A stretch of DNA of 59,662 bases from Vulcanimicrobiaceae bacterium. GTDB lineage: Bacteria > Vulcanimicrobiota > Vulcanimicrobiia > Vulcanimicrobiales > Vulcanimicrobiaceae. Both the position numbers and the translations under genes were made by a program. The notes beneath the pieces were generated by a model, which did not search any database, was not told the DNA's origin, and was given only the letters and a program-made list of their open reading frames with translations. Shown piece after piece: positions 1 through 9,096 of the stretch. The stretch lies in the NCBI GenBank assembly GCA_035652755.1, contig DASRDE010000243.1, forward strand, positions 1 through 59,662. Reading direction: 5' to 3'. How positions within the stretch are numbered: the stretch's first letter is position 1; every line of letters begins with the position of its first letter.

Positions 1-7
1 AAGCGAT

Positions 8-985
8 TTAAGGCGCGGGTTTGAAGTAGATTCCGTTGATCTTCCCGTCTTTGAACGAGATCTGCTCGAGCGCGCTGCCGTTCTTGCACGTGAAGCGATA
101 GATGTACACGCTGCCCCCGGGCAGCGATGCGTGCGTGACCAGCGCCACGGTTTGGATCGGTCCCAGCGCCGGGAGAATCTCGTGTAACTGCGCGACGGCG
201 TCGGCCGGAAGGTCGATCGAATACGCGGACTTATCGATTTTACCCGAGGCCCACGCTTCGAACTGCGCGCGCGCTATCTCTTGCACTCGAGCTGACGGTA
301 CGGCGGCGGAAGGCGCGTGCGACGGCGCGGGTGTCGGTTTGGGAGTTGGCACCGGTGTTGGTTTTGGTGTGGGTGCCGGTGTCGGTTTCGGAGTGGGCGC
401 CGGTGTCGGTTTCGGGGTGGGTTTCGGAGCCGGCGGAGCTACCGTCTTGGCTGCCGGTTTGGGCTTGGGCGCCGGAGACGGCGTGGGCTTCGGAGTCGGC
501 TTCCGAGTCGGCGTTGGCTTTGGAGTCGGCTTCGGAGTCGGAGAAGGCGACGGTGTCGGCTTCGGCGTCGGTTTTGGCGTCGGTTTCGGCGTTGGAGAAG
601 GCGACGGCGTCGGTTTTGGCGTCGCGGTAGGCGCAGGCAGCGCTTTGGGCGTTGGCTTGGGTTTCGGGGTGGGTGACGGCGTCGGTTTCGGAGATGCCGT
701 CGGCGTCGGCACGACGATCGGCGACGGCTCCGGCGCGGGCGACGGAATCGGTTTGGGGGTCGGCGAGGGTTTGGGCGTCGGCGAGGGTTTGGGCGTGCGC
801 GGTGCGCGCGTGGGCGAAGCGGACGGCGATGGCGATGCAGCTGTCGTCGGCAGCGGGGTCGGGGAAGGTGACGGTGACGGGAAAGGCGTCGACTGCAGGA
901 GCATCGCGAGTGCGAGCGCTGCGGTCATGGCCGGTCCTCGACTGCGTGCGGGTTCGGCTCGACGGGCAATCCGGCTTGCACCCAC
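8..985 (-). CDS. Secreted Pro/Thr/Lys-rich repeat protein with a ~95-aa non-repetitive C-terminal domain
   Basis: ORF 8..985 (325 aa, GTG start). An alternative ATG at 928 forms an ATGA overlap with the rhodanese stop. It has an Arg-rich n-region plus the hydrophobic [12 protein letters not shown] (signal-like), then ~200 aa of KPTP/SPSP repeats, then a globular tail ([12 protein letters not shown]...[14 protein letters not shown]). No family recognised. Confidence 0.6.
   Translation of the reverse strand: MGASRIARRAEPARSRGPAMTAALALAMLLQSTPFPSPSPSPTPLPTTAASPSPSASPTRAPRTPKPSPTPKPSPTPKPIPSPAPEPSPIVVPTPTASPKPTPSPTPKPKPTPKALPAPTATPKPTPSPSPTPKPTPKPTPKPTPSPSPTPKPTPKPTPTRKPTPKPTPSPAPKPKPAAKTVAPPAPKPTPKPTPAPTPKPTPAPTPKPTPVPTPKPTPAPSHAPSAAVPSARVQEIARAQFEAWASGKIDKSAYSIDLPADAVAQLHEILPALGPIQTVALVTHASLPGGSVYIYRFTCKNGSALEQISFKDGKINGIYFKPAP
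290..890. repeat. Low-complexity tandem-repeat DNA encoding the (K)PTP/SPSP linker
   Basis: Reiterated ggtgtcggtttcgg / ggcgtcggttttgg-type units on the + strand. They translate in frame on the - strand to [19 protein letters not shown] blocks, and the [18 protein letters not shown] block occurs twice. Confidence 0.7.
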
Positions 986-1242
986 GCCGCATAGCCGCCG
1001 TCGAGGGCTTCAACGCCCATATAACCGCGCTCGCGCAGGTTCGAGGCAATTCGCGAGCACGAGTTGCCGCTTCCGCAATACAGCACGACCCGCTCGTCCT
1101 TGGAAAACGGCGGGTCGTTCTCCAGTGCCGATCCCTCGTGGCGCGCCGAACCCGGAATGCGGGCGTCGTCGGGACGCTTGCGGATGTCGATGATCTTGAC
1201 GGATCCCGCGGCGGCGTTCTTCAGGTCGTCAACCGTTGCCAT
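925..1242 (-). CDS. Single-domain rhodanese-like sulfurtransferase
   Basis: 105 aa. Rhodanese layout with an active-site loop Cys in [13 protein letters not shown] and a GGYAAW tail. The stop overlaps ATG 928 of the downstream gene. Confidence 0.85.
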   Translation of the reverse strand: MATVDDLKNAAAGSVKIIDIRKRPDDARIPGSARHEGSALENDPPFSKDERVVLYCGSGNSCSRIASNLRERGYMGVEALDGGYAAWVQAGLPVEPNPHAVEDRP

Positions 1243-1317
1243 GCGAGCATGGATACAACAGGCGAGCGCCGCTCACCCGTTTTTCGCGGATGCGCGGCGC
1301 TCGCTGCCCGGTCTGCG

Positions 1318-2982
1318 TTAGTGGTGGTACGGGTCCGTTGCGAAGATGGCCTGAATCTGCGGCGTCGTCAACAGCGGCGTGGTGGATCCGGTCAGCGCAT
1401 CGGCGGTTGCGATAAATGCGTTCGCAACGAACGCATAACCCGTATTCGACGGATGCAGACCATCCCAACTCAGCAAACCCCCTCCGAAGGCGAGCGTGCA
1501 GCACTTGGGGCTGATCGTGAATTGTCCCGGAGCCGTACCGTTATACAACGCGGTGAATGTCGCGTTAATCGGGACCAGTCCGACGCCGTGGCCCGACGAG
1601 GAGCCGACTGCGTCGATGATCTGGTTGTAAGCGGCGTTCAAGGCAGTTGTGTCGGCGGCCAGCTTGTCGTTCAGGAAGTCGCACTCTGCTGCGAAGCCGG
1701 TTCCGGGCAGGACCGGCGTCGTGCCGTTGGGCGCGCACGTTGCGTTGTTCAGGCCCGGCGCCGGCGGCACCGCCAACGGATTTGCGGCGATTGCGGCGCC
1801 GATCTGCGTGAAGGCGCTGATAAAGCCCGTTTCGGTCAGATATGCACCGCTGTCGATGCCGTAGGCCGCTTGAACTTCCGCCGTGACGCCGGCTGCGTCG
1901 GCCTGCACTTGCGCGGGCGGAAGTGCAGGCGCAATTTGCGGAATGAAGTTGAGCAGCGCGCAGAAGAAGTAGTTCTGCAGCGGGCATTGCGCGGCCGGAT
2001 TCGCCGGGATGCTGCCCTGGAAGAATTGCGGCGTCTGCAGCACCGTCGGGAGATCGGCGAGAACGACCTTGGCGCCCGACGCATTAAGTTGGCCGACGAT
2101 CGACGTCAGATCGGCCTGGAACTGCGCGGGCGAATCGGTCGCCGGCGAGAGCTCGCCGGAGAAGACGAACTTGAGCAAATCGTTCGCGCCCAGCCACACG
2201 GTGACGAGCTTGGGATGCAGCGAAAGCGCCGCACTCAGTTCGGTCGCGCGTCCCGACCCGAGCGATTGCTGGAACTGGCCGAGAATCGGGTAGTACATTT
2301 GGCTTTCGCCCTGCACCAGCGACTGCAAGTTTCCGGCCGTCGGATCCAGCGGGTTGGAATTGTATCCGCAGTTCGGGCCGTTCGGCGGTCCGGTCAGCGG
2401 CGCCGTCATGGCGAGTGCTTCGTGCATGGTGATTCCGGGGACGCCGAGGTCGGCAATCGGCGCTCCGGGGTTCAAACGCACCGCAGCCCACGCAGTCGAT
2501 GAATACGCCTGGTCGTTGAAGCCGTCGCACGGCGAGTGCGTTGCGGTAAACGGCGGGGGCGGTGCGGCGTTTACGACGATCTCGCTGCCCAGCCCCGGTC
2601 CTTTAACGAGCGGAAGCGGACCGGTCAGCGGGTTTCCGAGCACGGTGTCGGCGTTGTAGCGCAACGGATCCAGCGCGATGCCGTTGATCTGCGCGTACAT
2701 CAACGCCCAAAAGCCGTTCTCCTGAGTGACCGGCACGATGTGGCCGGGAAGCCCCGATACCGGGCTTGTCACCGTGGGATCGCCGAGCAAACCGCTCGAC
2801 TGGTATCCTGCAGTCAAACTGTCGCCGATTCCGACGAAGTTTTGCTGCACGAGGCCGCCGTTCGCCGGCACTCCGGGAACGGGCGGCGCGCCCGGCGTCG
2901 CGGCGCCGGTTCCGTTTCCGCTGCATGCCGTTAATGCAGCGAGCGTCAGCAGTGCGAAGGGCCGTTGAAATACTCTTTTCAT
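1318..2982 (-). CDS. SGNH/GDSL-family hydrolase lipoprotein
   Basis: 554 aa. Lipobox LTLAALTAC-S, GDSL block FVGIGDSLTAGY, C-terminal D-x-x-H block SWDGLHPS. AAGGAA lies upstream of the ATG. Confidence 0.8.
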   Translation of the reverse strand: MKRVFQRPFALLTLAALTACSGNGTGAATPGAPPVPGVPANGGLVQQNFVGIGDSLTAGYQSSGLLGDPTVTSPVSGLPGHIVPVTQENGFWALMYAQINGIALDPLRYNADTVLGNPLTGPLPLVKGPGLGSEIVVNAAPPPPFTATHSPCDGFNDQAYSSTAWAAVRLNPGAPIADLGVPGITMHEALAMTAPLTGPPNGPNCGYNSNPLDPTAGNLQSLVQGESQMYYPILGQFQQSLGSGRATELSAALSLHPKLVTVWLGANDLLKFVFSGELSPATDSPAQFQADLTSIVGQLNASGAKVVLADLPTVLQTPQFFQGSIPANPAAQCPLQNYFFCALLNFIPQIAPALPPAQVQADAAGVTAEVQAAYGIDSGAYLTETGFISAFTQIGAAIAANPLAVPPAPGLNNATCAPNGTTPVLPGTGFAAECDFLNDKLAADTTALNAAYNQIIDAVGSSSGHGVGLVPINATFTALYNGTAPGQFTISPKCCTLAFGGGLLSWDGLHPSNTGYAFVANAFIATADALTGSTTPLLTTPQIQAIFATDPYHH

Positions 2983-2997
2983 CGTTAAATCCGTTCC

Positions 2998-4194
2998 TTA
3001 GAACTGAATGACGCTCGGCGAACCGATGCCGACTTCAAACTGAATCTGGGTAGCCTTCAGGCCGCCGACGACGGGCAGCGTATTGGAAGAACACGGTAAC
3101 GCGAAGCAATTCAACTGCTTGACGCCGTAGGGGCTGATGTTCGACGGACCGCCGCTGTTGAGCACGATCTGCGCGAAGACCATCTTTCCGAACGTCTGCG
3201 AGACGCCCGCGAAATACGCCATGTTGTGTTCGGGATACACGTCTTCGGGCAGATAGTCGCGCGACGCTTGCGGCTCCAGGAAGACCTTGGTCCTGGGGAA
3301 CGGCGTGTATTCCAAATAGAGAATCTGGTAGATCTGCGCGTGATTCGTTTGGTTCGCGCCTGCGGTGTGCGCCAGCCAGGTCGGCGCCGCCGTGAACGTT
3401 CCGAACATCTTGGGCGTGCGCAGGAACGGCAGCGTGAAGGCCACCGCGTACATCTGCGCGGTACGCGTATTCACGTTCGTATACGGGACTCCGTCGAGCC
3501 CGACGAACGGCACGATGTCGCCGCGGCCGTTCGAGGCCGCAACCGTCGACCACCGCGAGACGTACGTCGGCGTGACGACGATCGGAATGACGCGCCCTTT
3601 GAACGTCCCAAGGTCGATCAGCTTCTCGAAGAGCGCGAGGCCGAAGCGGTCCTTAGTCGTGACGTTGAACTGCGGATTGACGCCGGCGCACGTCGGCGAC
3701 GAGGTGCCGCTCAGATCGACGCACGACGGATTCACGCCGGGAGCCGGAGGAAAGCCCGGCGGCAGGAACAGCGGAACCTGGCCGCTGTTGAAGCCGACCG
3801 GGTAATGCTGAATTTCGTAGTAGTTCAGCACGAGCCGCAGCTGCGGTGAGACGCCGAAGCCGACGACCGCGTCGCCGCCGCCCGGCAGCCAACGCTTGCC
3901 GAGTGTGCCGATGTTGCCGAACGGATACGCCGACGAGGCGTCGACCATGTAGGTCCATCCGACGGGAAGACCGGTAGCGGCCGCGCCGCCGACGGGCTGC
4001 TGCGTGACGGGGGGGACCTGCGCTACGGTCGATTTCGACGGCGCGGGCTTGGCATTTTCCGCGTTCTTGATCGCGGTGTTCGCGCCCGAAACGGCAGAGC
4101 CGAAGACTCCGAACGGATCGGCGGCCGCCGGTGCCGTGGCCAGCACCCCCACCAACGTCAAGGCCGCGGAGGCACGAAGAAGCGTACGGACCAT
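2998..4194 (-). CDS. Putative outer-membrane beta-barrel protein (family not recognised)
   Basis: The track ORF starts at TTG 4206, but ATG 4194 has GGAG 6 nt upstream. Signal peptide MVRTLLRASAALTLVGVLATAPAAA. The composition is Gly/aromatic-rich and the protein ends ...PSVIQF (a terminal Phe is typical of OM barrels). Confidence 0.6.
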   Translation of the reverse strand: MVRTLLRASAALTLVGVLATAPAAADPFGVFGSAVSGANTAIKNAENAKPAPSKSTVAQVPPVTQQPVGGAAATGLPVGWTYMVDASSAYPFGNIGTLGKRWLPGGGDAVVGFGVSPQLRLVLNYYEIQHYPVGFNSGQVPLFLPPGFPPAPGVNPSCVDLSGTSSPTCAGVNPQFNVTTKDRFGLALFEKLIDLGTFKGRVIPIVVTPTYVSRWSTVAASNGRGDIVPFVGLDGVPYTNVNTRTAQMYAVAFTLPFLRTPKMFGTFTAAPTWLAHTAGANQTNHAQIYQILYLEYTPFPRTKVFLEPQASRDYLPEDVYPEHNMAYFAGVSQTFGKMVFAQIVLNSGGPSNISPYGVKQLNCFALPCSSNTLPVVGGLKATQIQFEVGIGSPSVIQF

Positions 4195-4212
4195 TTCGTT
4201 CTCCAACGGGGA

Positions 4213-4237
4213 TAGGCTTATTAAAATTAATAGCCTA
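4213..4237 (-). terminator. AT-rich imperfect hairpin between the RND stop and the barrel-protein start
   Basis: taggct-t-attaa aa ttaat-agccta: 11 paired positions with one bulge, in an otherwise GC-rich context. No clear U-tract, so it could be a terminator/attenuator or a promoter-region element. Confidence 0.3.
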
Positions 4238-4251
4238 GGGTTGGAGGTTGG

Positions 4252-7200
4252 TTACCTTACGGGTGCCGCAAAACCCTCGCGCTCCGCCGGCTCCACGGGG
4301 CCGTGCGGCGTCCCGTTGCCGCCGCGCCTCCCGCGCAGCTCGAGCGACTTGATGATCACGTACAAAACCGGCGTAATGGCCAAATTGAGGATCGTCGAGA
4401 CGATCATGCCGCCGAAGACCACCGTTCCCAACGAGTGGCGCGCCGCGCTGCCCGCGCCCGAGGCGAACACGAGCGGCGTTACCGCAATCACGAAGGCTAT
4501 CGACGTCATGAGGATCGGCCGCAGCCGCGTTTGCGCCGCCCGCGCAGCCGCGGTAACGATGTCCGCGCCTTGCGCGAGCTGCTGATTGGCGAACTCGACG
4601 ATCAGAATGGCGCTCTTGCTCGCGAGCCCGATCAGCATGACGTAGCCGACTTGAGCGTACGCATCGCTCGGCAGACCGCGCGCCATCATGAACAGCAGCG
4701 CGCCCAAAATCGAAGCCGGCACCGCGAGCAGCACGATCAGGGGATCGATGAAACTCTCATACTGCGCGGAGAGCACCAGGAACACGAAGACGATGCCGAT
4801 GCCGAAGATGATGATCGAGAGCGAGCCGCCCTGAATCTCGTCGAGCGTCAGGCCGGACCATTCATAGCTCACGCCGGGCGGATCGATCTGCTGCGCGAGG
4901 TTCTGCATGGCGGAGATGGCCTGTCCGGAACCTTTCCCGGGCGCCGCCGATCCGTTGATCTCGATCGATCTGAAGAGGTTGTAGTGGTTGATGATCGGCG
5001 CGCTCTTCGTCAACTGCGTCGACGCCAGGCCGCTTATCGGAATGATGCCGCCGCCCGACGAGCGCACGTAGAGGTACTGCAGGGCGCTCAACGTGGACCG
5101 GTACGGCATCTCCGCCTGCACGTAGACGCGGTACGAGCGGTTCAAATAGCTGAAATCGTTGACGTAGAACGATCCAATGTCCGTCTGCATCGTGGAAAAG
5201 ATATCGTTCAGCGACACGCCGATCGATTTGGCTTTATTGCGATCGACGTGGACCTCCAGCTGCGGCGAGTCGACTCGGAACGTCGTGAAGACCTGCGTCA
5301 GATCGGGATTCCGGTTGCCCATGCCCATGTAACCGTAGGCGGTGCGCATCAGCGTATCCAAGCCGACGTCCGCGTGATCCTCGAGCTCGAACTGGAAGCC
5401 GCCGAAGTTGCCGACGCCTTGAATGGCCGGCGGATTGAACGCGAAGATCTGCGCCTGCGGAATGCGGAAGAAGCCCATCTGCACGCGCTGGATGACCGAG
5501 TCGAGCGAATGCGCCGAACCTTTCCGATCGCCCCACGGCTTGAGCAGCACGAACATGATGCCGCGGTTCGGCGTCGCACCCGTGAAGCTGAACCCGGAGA
5601 CGTCGAAGACGTGCAGCACTTCCGGCTGGGCGCGGATGATCCGTTCGGCCTGCGCCGCCGTCGCGGCTTCGCTGGCGAGGGACGTTCCTTCTGGCGCCTG
5701 GACGGTCACGATGAAGTAGCCCTGATCCTCGTTGGGGATGAAGGCCGTCGGCGTGGTGCGGAAGAGATAGAACGTCGCGAGCAGCGCGATTGCAAAGAGG
5801 CCGGCGATGAGGTACCGCGCGCGTATGAGCGCGGGCAATGCGTCGCGGTACCAGCCGCGAAACGCCGTCAGGCCCCGGTTGAACCATTCGAAGAGCGCAA
5901 AGTTCGTTCGCCCTTCGTCGTGCAGAAGGCGCGCGGACATGACCGGCGTGAGGGTGAGCGAGGCGAAGAGCGAGATCGTGATCGAGGCCGCGATCGTCAT
6001 CGCGAATTGCTTATAGAGCTGCCCCGTCGTCCCCGGAAAGAACGCGACCGGGACGAACACCGCCAGCAGCACCAGCGACGAAGCGACCACTGCGCTTTGA
6101 ACTTCCCGCATTGCCGCAGCGGCGCCCTCGATGCCGCGCATGCCCTTCTCTTGAATGTAGCGCGCGATATTTTCGATGACGACGATGGCGTCGTCGACCA
6201 CCAGTCCGGTCGCGAGGGTCAAACCGAAGAGCGTAATCGTGTTTATCGTGAACCCAAAGATTTTCATGGCCGCGAAAGCGCCGATCAGCGACACGGGAAT
6301 CGTCACGGCGGGAATGAACGTCGAGCGCGGATCCTGCAGGAAGAGATAAATGACGGCGACGACCAGCAGGATGGAGAGAAGCAGCGTAAAGACGACTTCG
6401 CGTATCGACTCGTTTACGAACATCGAGGAGTCGAACGCGGTCTTCCACGTGACGCCCGGCGGGAAGGATTTCGAGAGCTGCGTAAGCTCGGCGGCGATGT
6501 CTTTGGTGACCTGCAGTGAATTTGCAGTCGGCAGCTGCAGAACGCCCAACCCGACGACCTTGCTGTCGCCGTCGAACTTGACGATGTTGGAGTAATCTTC
6601 CGCGCCCAGTTCCACACGCGAAACGTCGCCCAAACGCACGAACGCCCCGCCGCTTGCCGCGCGGACGATCACGTTGCGAAACTGCGCGGGATCGCTCAGG
6701 CGTCCTTCGGCGCGCACGCTCACGGTGAACGGCTGGTTGGGCGGCTCTGGCGCCGACCCGATGCTGCCCGCGGCAACTTCTACGTTCTGTTCGGAGAGCG
6801 AACTGATCACGTCGGAGACCGTCAAACCGCGCGCGAAGAGGGCGCTGGGATTGAGCCAAACGCGCATCGCGTAGCGCCGCTGCCCGAAGATGATGACGTT
6901 GCTGACGCCGCGCACGCGTTTGAGCGAGTTGACGACGTTGAGTTCGGCGTAGTTGCTCAAGACGAGCTGGCTGATCTGCGGGTTATGCGACTCCAGCGAG
7001 ATGGCCATGACGAAGCTGCCTGAGTTCTTCGTGACGGTAATCCCGGTTTGGATGACTTCGCCCGGGAGGCGTCCGCTGGCGGACTGTACCGCGTTTTGAA
7101 CGTCGGTTGCGGCGATGTCGAGATTGGTCCCCAAATTGAACGTGCACGTGATTTGGCTCGTGCCGTTGTTCGAGCTGGTCGAGCTGATATAGCGTAGACC

Positions 7201-7455
7201 TTCGACGCCATTGATCGCTTGCTCGAGCGGCGTCGTCACGGCCGACTCGACCGCCTGCGCGTTCGCGCCCGTATATACCGCCGTGACCGTGACGACGGGC
7301 GGCGCGATCTGCGGGTACTGCGCGATGGGCAGGGTCGGGATCGCGATCAGCCCCGCGATGAGCACGATCAGCGAGCAGACCGCCGAAAAAACGGGACGGC
7401 GAAGGAAGAACTCGATCAAGGACCCTCCGGAGTGACGGCGCGGCTTCCTTTGCAC
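4252..7455 (-). CDS. RND efflux transporter, AcrB/HAE1-like inner-membrane subunit
   Basis: 1067 aa. N-terminal FFLRRPVFS motif, two large periplasmic loops and a 12-TM layout typical of AcrB-family pumps. Confidence 0.95.
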   Translation of the reverse strand: MQRKPRRHSGGSLIEFFLRRPVFSAVCSLIVLIAGLIAIPTLPIAQYPQIAPPVVTVTAVYTGANAQAVESAVTTPLEQAINGVEGLRYISSTSSNNGTSQITCTFNLGTNLDIAATDVQNAVQSASGRLPGEVIQTGITVTKNSGSFVMAISLESHNPQISQLVLSNYAELNVVNSLKRVRGVSNVIIFGQRRYAMRVWLNPSALFARGLTVSDVISSLSEQNVEVAAGSIGSAPEPPNQPFTVSVRAEGRLSDPAQFRNVIVRAASGGAFVRLGDVSRVELGAEDYSNIVKFDGDSKVVGLGVLQLPTANSLQVTKDIAAELTQLSKSFPPGVTWKTAFDSSMFVNESIREVVFTLLLSILLVVAVIYLFLQDPRSTFIPAVTIPVSLIGAFAAMKIFGFTINTITLFGLTLATGLVVDDAIVVIENIARYIQEKGMRGIEGAAAAMREVQSAVVASSLVLLAVFVPVAFFPGTTGQLYKQFAMTIAASITISLFASLTLTPVMSARLLHDEGRTNFALFEWFNRGLTAFRGWYRDALPALIRARYLIAGLFAIALLATFYLFRTTPTAFIPNEDQGYFIVTVQAPEGTSLASEAATAAQAERIIRAQPEVLHVFDVSGFSFTGATPNRGIMFVLLKPWGDRKGSAHSLDSVIQRVQMGFFRIPQAQIFAFNPPAIQGVGNFGGFQFELEDHADVGLDTLMRTAYGYMGMGNRNPDLTQVFTTFRVDSPQLEVHVDRNKAKSIGVSLNDIFSTMQTDIGSFYVNDFSYLNRSYRVYVQAEMPYRSTLSALQYLYVRSSGGGIIPISGLASTQLTKSAPIINHYNLFRSIEINGSAAPGKGSGQAISAMQNLAQQIDPPGVSYEWSGLTLDEIQGGSLSIIIFGIGIVFVFLVLSAQYESFIDPLIVLLAVPASILGALLFMMARGLPSDAYAQVGYVMLIGLASKSAILIVEFANQQLAQGADIVTAAARAAQTRLRPILMTSIAFVIAVTPLVFASGAGSAARHSLGTVVFGGMIVSTILNLAITPVLYVIIKSLELRGRRGGNGTPHGPVEPAEREGFAAPVR

Positions 7456-7494
7456 CAGTTGACACGGCGCCGTTCGGGCCGGTTGCGGTCGCGC

Positions 7495-8388
7495 TTAAGT
7501 GAAAGCCTGCTCGGCGTGATAGGAACTGCGCGAAAGCGGGCTCGAGACGACTTGATGAAAGCCCTTCGAACGCGCCAGCGCCCCCAGCTCGGCAAAGCGC
7601 TCGGGCGTCACGAACTCGTGGACCGGAAGATGCTTCTTCGTCGGCTGCAGGTACTGCCCCATCGTGAAGATGTCCACCCCCACGGCGCGCGCGTCGTCCA
7701 TAGTCTGGGAGAGCTCCTCGTCGGTCTCGCCCAAGCCGAGCATGATCGACGTCTTGGTGTAGCGCTGCGGTGCGCGATTCTTGGCATGCGCGAGCACCGC
7801 GAGCGATTGGTCGTACTTGGCCCGCTTGTCGCGCACGCGCGGCGTGAGGCGGCGCACCGTCTCCAAGTTGTGAGCGAACACGTCCGGCGCCGCGTCCAGC
7901 ACGATGTCGAGCGCGTTCAAGTCGCCGCGATAATCGCCGCTGAGAATCTCCACGCGCGAGCCCGGGACGCGTTCGTGGATGGCGCGCACCGTGTTTGCGA
8001 AGATCAGCGCGCCCCCGTCGGCGAGATCGTCGCGATCGACGGCGGTAACGACCAAGTACCGCCACCCCAGATCGCGCACCGCTTCGGCGACGCGCACCGG
8101 TTCGAGCCAATCGACCGCGCCTTTCGGATTTCCGGTCTTCACGTTGCAGAAACGGCAGCCGCGCGTGCAGACCTCGCCCAGAATCATGATCGTCGCGGTG
8201 CCGGCACCCCAGCACTCGGCAAGGTTCGGGCACATCGCTTCTTTGCAAACGGTGTTCAGCGCCAAGCTGCCGACCTTCGCTTTGACGCGCTCGTACTCGT
8301 CGCCGTGCGGGAGCTTGACCTTGAGCCATTCGGGCTTCGGCGTGCGCGGCGCGCGCGCGCCGTCGATCAAGCTGATTTCGATTGCCAC
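7495..8388 (-). CDS. lipA: Lipoyl synthase
   Basis: Radical-SAM motif CTRGCRFCNV plus the auxiliary-cluster motif CKEAMCPNLAEC. Start moved to GTG 8388, because the track ORF to 9006 is an Arg-rich extension overlapping lipB. Confidence 0.93.
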   Translation of the reverse strand: MAIEISLIDGARAPRTPKPEWLKVKLPHGDEYERVKAKVGSLALNTVCKEAMCPNLAECWGAGTATIMILGEVCTRGCRFCNVKTGNPKGAVDWLEPVRVAEAVRDLGWRYLVVTAVDRDDLADGGALIFANTVRAIHERVPGSRVEILSGDYRGDLNALDIVLDAAPDVFAHNLETVRRLTPRVRDKRAKYDQSLAVLAHAKNRAPQRYTKTSIMLGLGETDEELSQTMDDARAVGVDIFTMGQYLQPTKKHLPVHEFVTPERFAELGALARSKGFHQVVSSPLSRSSYHAEQAFT

Positions 8389-9071
8389 GCCGCTGCCCCG
8401 TCTTGCGGGATCGATGGAGAGAAACTCAGTCCGAACGCCGTTTCGATGCACTGCGCCAAGACCGGTTTGACCTCGGCGATCGAAACGGGGCGGCCCGTCT
8501 CGCGGCTCAAGCTGGTGATGCCGCGATCGGTGAGGCCGCATGGATTGATCACGCGATCGTAATCCAATTCGGTGCTCACGTTGAGCGCGATGCCGTGCAG
8601 CGAGGTCATTTTGCGCACGGCAAGGCCTACTGCGCAGATCTGATTTCGGCCCGTCCAAACGCCGGCGTGCTCGCTCCAGCGCTCCGCCTGCACCCCAAAG
8701 TGCGCACAGGTGTCGATCACCGCCTGTTCGAGCGCGCGCACGAGCGGCACGACTTCGCGAAAGCGCTCCAAACGGCGAATCGGGTAGACCACGAGCTGCC
8801 CCGGCCCGTGATACGTCACGTCGCCGCCCCGCTCGATTTCGACCAGGTCGATGCCGCGGGCCGCGAGCGCTTCGCGCGAAAGCAGGACGTTCCGGCGGTC
8901 GGCTTTTCGGCCCAGCGTAACGACGGGCGGATGCTCGACGAAAATCCACGTTTCGCCCTCGTGCCCGAGCTGCACGGCATCGTGCAGCCGGTGCTGCAGA
9001 TCCCAAACGGTTCGGTACGGGCTCAATCCCAGATCGAGCATCGCGGCCTGTGACATTTTACTCTTCTTCAA
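8367..9071 (-). CDS. lipB: Octanoyltransferase (lipoyl(octanoyl) transferase)
   Basis: 234 aa, TTG start. RGGDVTYHGPGQLVVYP motif and catalytic-Cys context VINPCG. Sits immediately upstream of lipA. Confidence 0.9.
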   Translation of the reverse strand: MKKSKMSQAAMLDLGLSPYRTVWDLQHRLHDAVQLGHEGETWIFVEHPPVVTLGRKADRRNVLLSREALAARGIDLVEIERGGDVTYHGPGQLVVYPIRRLERFREVVPLVRALEQAVIDTCAHFGVQAERWSEHAGVWTGRNQICAVGLAVRKMTSLHGIALNVSTELDYDRVINPCGLTDRGITSLSRETGRPVSIAEVKPVLAQCIETAFGLSFSPSIPQDGAAAWQSKSA

Positions 9072-9096
9072 CCCTCGGCAAAGCGCTCGAGCTGCG

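Noticed and set aside
290-890. Repeat-rich DNA that might be taken for a CRISPR-like array or a minisatellite outside genes.
   Set aside because: The units are short, degenerate and contiguous with no unique spacers, and they are read in frame as a Pro/Thr/Lys linker inside a CDS.
102-1193. 363-aa plus-strand ORF (GVGFGVG repeats), together with other alternative-frame ORFs over 240-1049, 317-676 and 331-630.
   Set aside because: These are mirror or alternative frames of the KPTP repeat DNA. They have low-complexity Gly/Val or Arg-rich translations and no start context. The minus-strand frame has a signal peptide and a non-repetitive C-terminal domain.
4303-6519. 738-aa plus-strand ORF antisense to the RND pump.
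   Set aside because: The translation is Arg/Asp/Glu/His-rich with no motifs. It lies entirely inside a confidently identified AcrB-family gene. This is a typical stop-poor shadow frame of GC-rich DNA.
8389-9006. N-terminal ~200-aa extension of the lipA ORF in the track. Analogous 5' extensions occur on lpd (to 10737), the ABC permease (to 24698), paralog 3 (to 23565), the Yip1-like gene (to 41316), mnmA (to 56081), RodZ (from 54132) and the NTase (from 10708).
   Set aside because: The extensions overlap upstream genes, are Arg/Pro/Ala-rich, and precede well-placed internal starts that sit next to the neighbouring stop codon or an SD motif.
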